Made by a program: the position numbers and the translations under genes. This document shows, piece by piece, positions 1-7,922 of a DNA stretch of 64,000 nt. Location of the stretch: NCBI GenBank assembly GCA_040752415.1, contig JBFMGU010000003.1, positions 1 through 64,000 of the forward strand, written 5' to 3'. This DNA is from Myxococcota bacterium (GTDB lineage Bacteria > Myxococcota > JACRCW01). Numbering within the stretch: position 1 is the stretch's first letter; every line of letters starts with the position of its first letter. Under the pieces are notes generated by a model. That model was not told where the DNA came from, made no database searches, and saw only the letters and a list, made by a program, of their open reading frames with translations.

Positions 1-676
1 CGGCAAGCAGCCGCCCACCCCGCCCGGCGGCGGGCCGCCCGCCCAGAAGCCCCAGCCCGGCATCCTGGCCGCGCTCACCAAGCTGCCCAAGAACAGCGGC
101 GCGGCGGGCAGCCAGACCATGCTGGCGGCGGTGAGCAACATCAACGCGGTCAAGGTCCCCGGCGGCGCGTCCAGCTTCAAGGTGAGCGCGCTCATTGGTC
201 GCGGCCCCACCACCGGCGTGCAGATTGGTGGCTCCGGCGGTGGCGTGGAGACCAAGGGCCTCAACAGCATCCTGCGTGAAGGCGGGGGCGAGGGGCCCGG
301 TGCGCTCGGCGGCAAGGGCAAGGGCCAGGTGCGTGCGGCTCCCGCCATGGCGCTGCACCGTCAGGCCACCGCGCAAGGTGAGCTCTCGCGCGAGGAGATC
401 AGCAAGGTCATCAACCAGAACATGGGTCAGATCCAGTTCTGCTACGAGAAGGAGCTGCTCAAGAACCCGGGCCTGCAGGGCAAGGTCGTCTTCGAGTGGA
501 CCATCAAGCAGGACGGCTCGGTGTCCGTGGTGCGTACCAAGGTGGGCGCGCTGCCCTCGCCCGCCGCCACCAACTGCATGATCGACAAGATCAAGGGCTG
601 GCAGTTCCCCAAGCCCCGCGGCAATGGCGTGGTGGTGGTGACCTATCCGTTCATCTTCAAGCAGGCTGGCTTCTGA
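1..676 (+). CDS. 5'-partial CDS running in from upstream of the window; AgmX/PglI-type (TonB-C-like) C-terminal domain protein, Gly-rich linker
   Basis: Frame 2 is open from position 2 (GKQPPTPPGGGPP...) to the stop at 676, so the gene is truncated by the window. The C-terminal block EISKVINQNMGQIQFCYEKELLKNPGLQGKVVFEWTIKQDGSV...VVVTYPFIFKQ matches the AgmX/PglI C-terminal domain as I remember it. Gly-rich low-complexity region upstream. Confidence 0.5.
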   Translation, partial: GKQPPTPPGGGPPAQKPQPGILAALTKLPKNSGAAGSQTMLAAVSNINAVKVPGGASSFKVSALIGRGPTTGVQIGGSGGGVETKGLNSILREGGGEGPGALGGKGKGQVRAAPAMALHRQATAQGELSREEISKVINQNMGQIQFCYEKELLKNPGLQGKVVFEWTIKQDGSVSVVRTKVGALPSPAATNCMIDKIKGWQFPKPRGNGVVVVTYPFIFKQAGF

Positions 677-738
677 ACTGAATGCGCGGCCTGCCGTCGC
701 CATGACGACGGTGCCGCGGATGCAAGGGTGCAACTGGC

Positions 739-1467
739 ATGAGCGCGGCGTTGCGGTCCAGGTTTGGCCGTTGGGGGATGCTGCCGGGGTGGCTGCTGTG
801 TGCGGCGGTGTTGTGGTGCGCGCCGTCCACCGCCAGCGCGGTGACTCCCTGGTCTCCCTATGACGACGAGGAGCAGACGCTGAAAGCGGAGGTGGTGCAG
901 CAGCGCCGCTTTGGCAAGCTGCACGAGTTCTCCCTCAGCGGCGGCGTCTATCCCCTGGATGCGCTCTACACCGGCGTGGTGGGCACGTTCCGGTACGTGC
1001 TGCATCTCTCCGACCTGTGGGCCTGGGAGATTGCCGGCGGCAGCTACTCGTTCAACATCACCAGCGGCGTGGAGAAGCGCATGCTGGACCGTTACGGGCT
1101 GCAGTTCACCGACACGGAACGCATCCTGGCGCTGGGCGAGAGCAACGTCATCCTCAAGCCCATCTACGGCAAGTTCGCCGTCTTCAACCGCTGGATCTGG
1201 TACGCGGAGCTCTACCTGCTCGCCGGCGTGGCGCTCTCGCGTTACTCGGCCAGCTGGCGCCCCGGCCCCGACTACGGCGCGGGCATCCGTTTCCACCTCT
1301 TCGACTGGCTCGCGCTGCACATGGATGCGCGGCATTACATCCTGTGGTCCGGCATTCCGCCGCCACCGCGTTCCCCGGCGGATTTCCTGCAAGGCCCCGC
1401 CACCCTCAGCAACGTCGTCTATTTCGGCTCCGGCGTGAGCTTCCTGGTCTGGGACAGGTCCCCATGA
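739..1467 (+). CDS. signal-peptide small outer-membrane beta-barrel-like protein (GltA/GltB/NfsA-B-like paralog 1)
   Basis: 242 aa. N-terminal signal peptide (LLCAAVLWCAPSTASA). Alternating aromatic/hydrophobic beta-strand pattern with a C-terminal aromatic (..VSFLVWDRSP). Its stop overlaps the next start (ATGA at 1464-1467). Paralogous to the next ORF (shared motifs such as NVILKPIYGKFAVFNR vs NLVLKPLYGKFSFFNR). Confidence 0.5.
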   Translation: MSAALRSRFGRWGMLPGWLLCAAVLWCAPSTASAVTPWSPYDDEEQTLKAEVVQQRRFGKLHEFSLSGGVYPLDALYTGVVGTFRYVLHLSDLWAWEIAGGSYSFNITSGVEKRMLDRYGLQFTDTERILALGESNVILKPIYGKFAVFNRWIWYAELYLLAGVALSRYSASWRPGPDYGAGIRFHLFDWLALHMDARHYILWSGIPPPPRSPADFLQGPATLSNVVYFGSGVSFLVWDRSP

Positions 1468-2279
1468 GCACGTGGCATCCCATGCGGCTCCTCGTCGTCG
1501 CCCTTCCTGCGTTGTTCCTGGCGCTCACGCCGGAAACCGCGCGCGCCGACCGTCAGGTCATCCAGAACCGCACCTACCGCATGCAGCATGAGTTCACGTT
1601 GGAAGGCGGCGTGCTGCCGTTGGACGTGCTGTACAAGGCCGGCACCGTCACCGGCCGCTACACGTTCCACTTCAACGACTTCCTGGCATGGGAGGCCTTG
1701 AGCCTGACCTATGCGCCCATGACGGACATCAGCATCTTGAACCTGGGCTTTGGCCCATTCCGGTTCAACCACTTCACGCAGCAGGGCAACGACCTCCAGG
1801 ACAACCACGGCTACGACACCTTTGACGTCGACCAGCTGCGCCTGTTCGCGGAGAGCAACCTTGTGCTCAAGCCGCTGTACGGGAAGTTCTCCTTCTTCAA
1901 CCGCGCCAACGCGCGCGTGGAACTTTTTGGCGTTCTGGGCGGGGCTGTGGCCAATTTCATTGCGTACCGCGCCTGGCCCTTCCAGCCGGAGGAGAACATC
2001 GGCACCGTGCCGCCGCTTCCCGCCACCGCCGCCGACATCTTCCCCAAGCCGGGCCAGACCCTGCTCATCCGCCCCGGCGTCAACTTCGGCGGAGGCACGC
2101 GGCTCTACGTCGGTGAGCACTTCAGCGTCCGCCTCGACGCGCGCAGCTACACCTTCCTGGAGGGCTACACCACGCCCAAGGCGCCCGTGCCGCGGGAGCT
2201 GCCGGAGATTCCCGTCGGCTTCACGCAGGTCCTCTACCTCGGCGTGGGAACCAGCCTGAGCTTTGGAGGTGGGCTGTGA
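1464..2279 (+). CDS. signal-peptide small outer-membrane beta-barrel-like protein (paralog 2)
   Basis: Start MSTWHPMRLLVVALPALFLALTPETARA lies inside the longer ORF 1017..2279 and is translationally coupled to the upstream gene. About 271 aa, with similarity to 739..1467 across the whole length. Stop overlaps the next gene's GTG start (GTGA at 2276-2279). Confidence 0.5.
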   Translation: MSTWHPMRLLVVALPALFLALTPETARADRQVIQNRTYRMQHEFTLEGGVLPLDVLYKAGTVTGRYTFHFNDFLAWEALSLTYAPMTDISILNLGFGPFRFNHFTQQGNDLQDNHGYDTFDVDQLRLFAESNLVLKPLYGKFSFFNRANARVELFGVLGGAVANFIAYRAWPFQPEENIGTVPPLPATAADIFPKPGQTLLIRPGVNFGGGTRLYVGEHFSVRLDARSYTFLEGYTTPKAPVPRELPEIPVGFTQVLYLGVGTSLSFGGGL

Positions 2280-3820
2280 AGGCGCGCGGTCTGGTGTTGC
2301 TGGCGCTCGTCGTGGCGCCGTGGTGGGTGGCCGCGCAGGCCGACAAGAATGGCAAGCCCCCGCCGCCTCCTCCCGCGCAGCCCGTGGCCCCAAGTCCCGA
2401 CGGGGGACCCGCTGCTTCCGTCGACGGCGGTGCTCCCGCGCCCAAGGCGGTGCCGGCCAGCGTGTTCGAGAGCGGTGTGAAGGCCTTCAATCGCGGCAAC
2501 TACGGTGAGGCCGCCGGCAAGTTCTTCCAGTACATCCAGGGCAACGAGCCCGCGGCCACGTTCTATGACTGGTCGGAGTACTACCTGGGGCGCAGCCTGC
2601 GCGCCGGCGGGCTCAACCACGCTGGCGACGAGTATCTCTACAACGTGGCCAAGGCGCGCAGCCGCCCGGAGCTGGTCCCCGACGCACTGCGTGGCATCGA
2701 GGAGGACATCCGCACCGGCGTCTACGACGAGGAGCTGCTCATCAAGGACCTGATTGCCGGCAGCGAGTTCGGCGACCAGCCCAACGACGTCACCGCGTTC
2801 ATCCAGTTCTACCAGGGCGTGGCCGACCTGCGGGACCGCAATGAGCTGTGGGCGCGCGGTCACTTCGAGCGCATCCCGCCCGGCACGCGTTACACCGCGC
2901 AGGCGCAGTACGTGATTGCCGTTCAGGAGCTGGCGCGCGGCAACCTGGAGAAGGCGCGGGAGCTCTTCACGGAGGCCGCCGAGGACCCGCGCGCCGACCT
3001 CAAGACGCGCAACAACGCGCACCGCGCCCTGGCGCGCATGGCGTTCGAGGAGAAGGACTACCTGGGCGCCATCAAGAAATATGGCGACGTGAAGGTCCCG
3101 TTCCTCTCCGAGGAGGAAGCCACCATCTTCCTGGAGATTGCCTGGGCGCGTTACCACCTCAAGGACTACCGCGGCGCACTCGCCATCCTGATTTCGCTGG
3201 ATGCGCCGAGTTATCGCCAGGCCTACTTCCCGGAGCGCTGGATTCTCGAGGCGCTCATCTACAAGAGCCTGTGTCACTACGCTGCGTCCAAGAGCAGCGC
3301 GCGGGAGTTCACCCGTCGGTACGGTGACGCGCTCAAGGCCGTGCGCGAGCAGCGCTCACCGCTGGCCCATCCCGTCATCCGCAACGCCGCGTTGCAGAGC
3401 CCGGTGGCGGGTCGAAGGCTGGCGCACCTCAAGCGTCTCAACGCCGAGCGCGACCGGCTCTCCGGCTTCTCCACCAGCGCCGACCTCTCCAAGCACCTCA
3501 AGCGCCTCTACGACCTCAAGGTCAAGGAAGGCGCGCGTCTCCTCGAGGAGGACCTGGAGAAGGAGGCCAAGCGCGTGGCGGAGGAGCTGTTGGACTTCGA
3601 GGAGCAGGCCCGGCTCGTCGACTACGAGGTGGGCCTGGAGGTGTTCCGACGGGTGCCGCAGGCCGCGCGTCGGGCCACGGTGGAGTCGCGCAGCTCGGCT
3701 CCGCCGCTGGGCGGTCACGACGTGCACTACGTCTTTGACGGTGAATACTGGAACGACGAGCTGCACGACTACCAGGTCTCCATCGAGGACCGGTGCTTTG
3801 CGGAAGGGTTGTTCAAATGA
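2276..3820 (+). CDS. secreted TPR/helical-repeat protein (GltC/NfsC-like position)
   Basis: 514 aa. GTG start with signal peptide MKARGLVLLALVVAPWWVAAQA. A Pro/Ala-rich linker is followed by helical repeats. Stop overlaps the next start (ATGA at 3817-3820). Confidence 0.45.
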   Translation: MKARGLVLLALVVAPWWVAAQADKNGKPPPPPPAQPVAPSPDGGPAASVDGGAPAPKAVPASVFESGVKAFNRGNYGEAAGKFFQYIQGNEPAATFYDWSEYYLGRSLRAGGLNHAGDEYLYNVAKARSRPELVPDALRGIEEDIRTGVYDEELLIKDLIAGSEFGDQPNDVTAFIQFYQGVADLRDRNELWARGHFERIPPGTRYTAQAQYVIAVQELARGNLEKARELFTEAAEDPRADLKTRNNAHRALARMAFEEKDYLGAIKKYGDVKVPFLSEEEATIFLEIAWARYHLKDYRGALAILISLDAPSYRQAYFPERWILEALIYKSLCHYAASKSSAREFTRRYGDALKAVREQRSPLAHPVIRNAALQSPVAGRRLAHLKRLNAERDRLSGFSTSADLSKHLKRLYDLKVKEGARLLEEDLEKEAKRVAEELLDFEEQARLVDYEVGLEVFRRVPQAARRATVESRSSAPPLGGHDVHYVFDGEYWNDELHDYQVSIEDRCFAEGLFK

Positions 3821-6800
3821 GCCGCGGTCTTGCTCTCCTCCTGGCGTTGTCCATTCCGCTGATGTCCGGCGCCGCGGATTGGCGCAACAAGCAGCAGCGC
3901 AAGGATGAGTTCCTCCTGCAGCTCAAGCGGGACATCAACAAGACCGACAAGTCCATTGCCATCACCAAGGACCTCATCGCCCGCAGCAAGGGCGAGAAAT
4001 ACCTCCCGGACCTCCACTTCCGCTTGGCCGAGCTCTACGTGGCCAAGAGCCGCCTCCTGTACTTCAAGGTGCTGGAAGAGGCCGGGCTCGAGGACAAGCG
4101 CAGCGTCACGGCGCCGGAAGCGCGGCTGCTGAAGGACCAGGCCATCCGCACGTACCGTCGCATCCTGCAGGAGTTCCCGGACTACCCGGACAACGACAAG
4201 ATCCGCTTCTTCGTCGGCCATGAGCTGCGTGAGCTCGGCGAGTTCGAGGCGATGATCCGCGAGTACCAGCTCCTCGTGGAGCAGTACCCGGACAGTGATT
4301 TCCGCTGGGAGGCCTACCTCGTCCTCGGCGACTACTACTTTGACAAGGCCGACCTCGATAACGCCGAGCTCTATTACAAGAAGATCGTCAACAGCCCGGA
4401 GACCTACGTCCACAACCTGGCGCGCTACAAACTCGCGTGGTGCCACCTCAACCGCGAGCGCTTCAAGGAAGCGCTGGAGCTGTTCGAGAAAGTCATCCTC
4501 ACCGAGCAGATCGACGTCAACAAGAGCCTCCAGATTGACGCGCACGGCCGCATGAACGTGAAGCGGGAGGCGCTGGTGGACAGCGCGTTCTGCTACACCG
4601 AGGTGAAGAAGCCGCAGGACGCGGTGCCGTACTATCGCAAGCTGGCGCAGAGCCGCTCCGACTACATCGCCGCGCTGGAGAAGCTGGCCCGTCGCTATTC
4701 CATCAAGGGCGACCCGGGCGCCGCCGCCACGCTGTACCGCGAGGCCATGGCGTACTCCAATGACGTCGAGCACAACATGGACCTGGCCCTCAAGATCTAC
4801 GAGATGGTCCAGCAGTCCAAGAAGCGCGACGAGACCGACAAGGACGTGGAGCTCATGGTGGCCGCCGCCGCGCGCTACCGCTTCTCCTGGCGCGGTACCG
4901 AGGAGCAGAAGAAGCAGGCGCTGGAGGACTTTGAGCTCCTCACCCGTGACCTCAGCACCAAGCTGCAGCTGGAAGCGCAACAGAAGGACGACGCCAAGCT
5001 GCACGCCAAGGCCGCGCGCGCCTACAAGGCCTATCTCTCGCTCTTCAAGGACAGCCCCAACGGCAAGGACATGACGTGGAATTACGCCGAGGCGCTGTTC
5101 GAGAGCGGGCAGTACGTCGAGGCGGGGCGCGTGTTCGAGAAGCTGGCGCAGGACGCGGAGAGCGCTTCCGGTCCCAAGCAGGCCGCCGCCGACAAGCCCG
5201 CCGACGCCAAGGCCGCCAAGCCCGACGAGAAGAAGCCCGCCAAGGCCGCGCCCGCTGTGCCGCCTCCGCCCAGGAAGGGGGCCGGCGCCAAGAAGGATGA
5301 CGTCGTCGAAATTGCCACCAAGGCGGGTGGGGGGGCGCCGGAGGATGGTGAGCGTCGCAAGGCCATGTACAGCGCCGTGATGGCGTACTTCCAGGCGCTG
5401 CGGAAGACGCAGAACCTCACCCGGCTGGAACAGACCCTGGCGCGCGAGGGCATCAAGAACCTGGGCGTGCGTTTCGTCGAGGAGTATCCGAAGGATGAGT
5501 TCGCCGCGCAGGTGAAGTTCAACGTGGCGCGCGCGTACTACGAGCAGGGTGAGCTCAAGAAGGCCAATGAGCTCTTTGTGGCCTATGCCGCCGAGCATCC
5601 CGGCAGCAAGGACGCCGTGGCCGCCGCCAACCTGGCGCTGGACGCGTTGCAGCAGCAGGAGAACTACGTGGAGCTGGCCAAGCAGGCGCGCGCGTTCGCC
5701 AAGGACACGCGGCTCGGCGACGACAAGTTCCGCTCCGACATGACCGCGTTGGCCTCGTCGGCGGACCAGCAGGAGATCGACCGCCGCACCATCGAGGCGC
5801 AGGGCAACCTCAAGGAAGCGCTCTCCGACATCATCAAGGAGAAGAAGGGCACCGACCTCGCCGCCAAGGCGCTCTACCAGGCGTTCGCGGTGGCCAAGGA
5901 CCGTCGGGACATCCAGTCCATGCAGAGCGTGGGCACGGAGATCATCACCGAGTATCCCGACTCCACCTACGCGCAAGGCGTCCTTCCCGCGCTGGGTGAG
6001 CTGGCCATCAACGGCGGCGAGTACGACCGAGGCGCCGGCTACTACGAGGAATTCACGCGCCGCTTCCCCAACGACAAGGCCTCCACCGACCTGCTCTCCG
6101 CCGCCACCGAGCTGCGCCTCGCGCTCGGCGACCGCGCCAACGCCATGACGAATCTCGAGAAGCTCATCAAGGCTTCCGAGGGACCCAAGCGCACCGAGTA
6201 CCAGATGCAGCTCATCCGCACGGCGCTGGAGGCCAAGGCGTGGCGTCGTGCCGCCGACGCGTCCGAGCCGCTGCACGACAACCCGCAGGTGGGCGCCGAG
6301 GCGCGCGTGCTGGGGGCGGAAGGGCTCATCAAGGCCGGTGAGGAGGCCGCGGCGGCGCGCGTGCTGCTGGGGGCCACGCAGATGGTGGCGCGCGGTGAGG
6401 GCGGGGAGAATGGCAAACAGGCAGCCTCACGCGCGTCCTTCATGCTGGGGGAGCTGCTGCGCAAGGAGTACGAGCAGATCAAGTTCGGTTCGGGTGCCGA
6501 CGACGCCACCGTGCTGGCCGCCAAGTTCCAGAAGCTGGAGGAGCTGGAGAAGATCTACGGCCAGGCGGTGCAGCTGGGAGATGCCGGCTCCGCCATTGCC
6601 GCGCTCTACCGCGTGGGCCAAGCCTACCGAGGCGCCGCCGACATGCTCGACGGTGCGCCCATGCCCGAGGGCCTTGCCGAGGCCGACCAGCAGGCCTACC
6701 GCGCCGCGCTGGCCGAGCGCAGTGGCCCGCTCCGCAGCACCGGCGACGAGTACCTGAAGACCTGCAAGGAGAAGAGCGGTCAGCTGCGCATCTTCTCCCC

Positions 6801-7269
6801 GTTCGCCCGCGCGTGCCTCACCGGCGCCCCCGTCCCCGACGAGCTGCCCGGTCCCGCGCCGCGCGCCGTCACCGAAATCCCCGGCGCCGCCGAGCTGCGC
6901 GTGAAGCTGCGCAACAACCCCAAGGACGTGGAAGCGCTGGTGGAGCTGGGCAAGCGCGCGCTGGCCGCCGGCGACTACTACGGCGCCCGCGTCATCTTCA
7001 GCCGCGCCGAGGAGCTCGCCGGCAACCGCGCCGACGTCCACAACGGCCTGGGCGTGGCCAACCATGGCACCGGCGACGTGCAGGCCGCGTACTTCTCCTT
7101 CAAGCGGGCGCTCGAGATCGACAGCGGGTTCGCGCTGGCGCATCACAACCTGGCCATCATGTTCTCCGAGGTGGGCGACACCACCAACGCCAACGCCGAG
7201 AAAGGCGCGGCCGGTGGCGCTCCGCCCGACTCCCCGGAGATCATCAAGCCGCAGGGCGGGGGGGCCTGA
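3817..7269 (+). CDS. large secreted TPR-repeat protein (~1150 aa; AgmU/GltD/NfsD-like)
   Basis: Start MSRGLALLLALSIPLMSGAA (signal peptide) is 8 codons inside the listed ORF 3793..7269 and overlaps the previous stop. It is TPR-like across its length, with a Lys/Ala/Pro-rich linker near the middle (KPAKAAPAVPPPPRKGAGAKK). Stop TGA overlaps the next ATG (7269). Confidence 0.55.
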   Translation: MSRGLALLLALSIPLMSGAADWRNKQQRKDEFLLQLKRDINKTDKSIAITKDLIARSKGEKYLPDLHFRLAELYVAKSRLLYFKVLEEAGLEDKRSVTAPEARLLKDQAIRTYRRILQEFPDYPDNDKIRFFVGHELRELGEFEAMIREYQLLVEQYPDSDFRWEAYLVLGDYYFDKADLDNAELYYKKIVNSPETYVHNLARYKLAWCHLNRERFKEALELFEKVILTEQIDVNKSLQIDAHGRMNVKREALVDSAFCYTEVKKPQDAVPYYRKLAQSRSDYIAALEKLARRYSIKGDPGAAATLYREAMAYSNDVEHNMDLALKIYEMVQQSKKRDETDKDVELMVAAAARYRFSWRGTEEQKKQALEDFELLTRDLSTKLQLEAQQKDDAKLHAKAARAYKAYLSLFKDSPNGKDMTWNYAEALFESGQYVEAGRVFEKLAQDAESASGPKQAAADKPADAKAAKPDEKKPAKAAPAVPPPPRKGAGAKKDDVVEIATKAGGGAPEDGERRKAMYSAVMAYFQALRKTQNLTRLEQTLAREGIKNLGVRFVEEYPKDEFAAQVKFNVARAYYEQGELKKANELFVAYAAEHPGSKDAVAAANLALDALQQQENYVELAKQARAFAKDTRLGDDKFRSDMTALASSADQQEIDRRTIEAQGNLKEALSDIIKEKKGTDLAAKALYQAFAVAKDRRDIQSMQSVGTEIITEYPDSTYAQGVLPALGELAINGGEYDRGAGYYEEFTRRFPNDKASTDLLSAATELRLALGDRANAMTNLEKLIKASEGPKRTEYQMQLIRTALEAKAWRRAADASEPLHDNPQVGAEARVLGAEGLIKAGEEAAAARVLLGATQMVARGEGGENGKQAASRASFMLGELLRKEYEQIKFGSGADDATVLAAKFQKLEELEKIYGQAVQLGDAGSAIAALYRVGQAYRGAADMLDGAPMPEGLAEADQQAYRAALAERSGPLRSTGDEYLKTCKEKSGQLRIFSPFARACLTGAPVPDELPGPAPRAVTEIPGAAELRVKLRNNPKDVEALVELGKRALAAGDYYGARVIFSRAEELAGNRADVHNGLGVANHGTGDVQAAYFSFKRALEIDSGFALAHHNLAIMFSEVGDTTNANAEKGAAGGAPPDSPEIIKPQGGGA

Positions 7270-7901
7270 TGAAGACCACGCGTGACCTGCTCATCCCGGT
7301 GCTGATTGCCGCTGCCGCGTTCGCCGGTTGCGGATTGCGCCACCGCGTTGACCGCGACCTGCTGGAACCCATCCCCAACGAGGACAAGCTCCTCCTGTTC
7401 GAGGCGGAGAACGACGTCCTGATCGCCAAGGATGAGATTGCCGCCGCGGAGACCGACCTGGAAGACGCCAAGAAGGCGCTGGACAACGCGGAGGACCAGG
7501 CGGACACGCTGCGTGGGCAGGCGGGTCGCGAGAAGAACGCGCAGCTGGCGGCGCTGTTGCGTCAGTGGGCGGACAAGAAGATCGACTGGCGGGAGGCGGA
7601 GGTGGACCTGGCCAAGGCCCGCAAGGCCGCCGCGTCCGACGCGCTCACCGCCGCCCGCGCCCGCTACGAGAGGGCCAAGGCCCAGATCGTCAAGGAGCAC
7701 GCACCGCGCAGCGCCACCGGCATCTCGCTCAAGGACTTCGAGGGGCAGGTGAAGGACAAGGAGCAGGACGCCGAGAGCGGTCGCAAGGACGTGGAGAAGG
7801 CCAGGAAGCTGCGCGACGAGAAGCGCGCGGCCTATGATGCCGTCAGTCGCAAGCTGCAGCAGGTCAGCGACGGCGCGTACGGAGGGCCGTGGGCGGACTG
7901 A
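7269..7901 (+). CDS. coiled-coil lipoprotein
   Basis: MKTTRDLLIPVLIAAAAFAGC.. is a lipobox (AFAGC), followed by charged heptad-like sequence (EDAKKALDNAEDQADTLRGQ...). The listed ORF 6813..7901 is an in-frame upstream over-extension running antisense-like through the previous gene. The ATG at 7269 is coupled to the upstream stop. Confidence 0.5.
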   Translation: MKTTRDLLIPVLIAAAAFAGCGLRHRVDRDLLEPIPNEDKLLLFEAENDVLIAKDEIAAAETDLEDAKKALDNAEDQADTLRGQAGREKNAQLAALLRQWADKKIDWREAEVDLAKARKAAASDALTAARARYERAKAQIVKEHAPRSATGISLKDFEGQVKDKEQDAESGRKDVEKARKLRDEKRAAYDAVSRKLQQVSDGAYGGPWAD

Positions 7902-7922
7902 CCCCGGCAGAAGAGGCCAACC

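Noticed and set aside
3769-6276. 835-aa minus-strand ORF antisense to the large TPR gene
   Set aside because: Low-complexity Leu/Arg/Gly/Val-rich translation typical of the reverse strand of high-GC coding DNA. Fully contained within a well-supported + strand gene.
6813-7268. 5' extension of the lipoprotein ORF (listed 6813..7901)
   Set aside because: The extension is Arg/Pro-rich with no signal peptide and overlaps the 3' end of the upstream gene in another frame. The ATG at 7269 gives a canonical lipoprotein signal and is coupled to the upstream stop.
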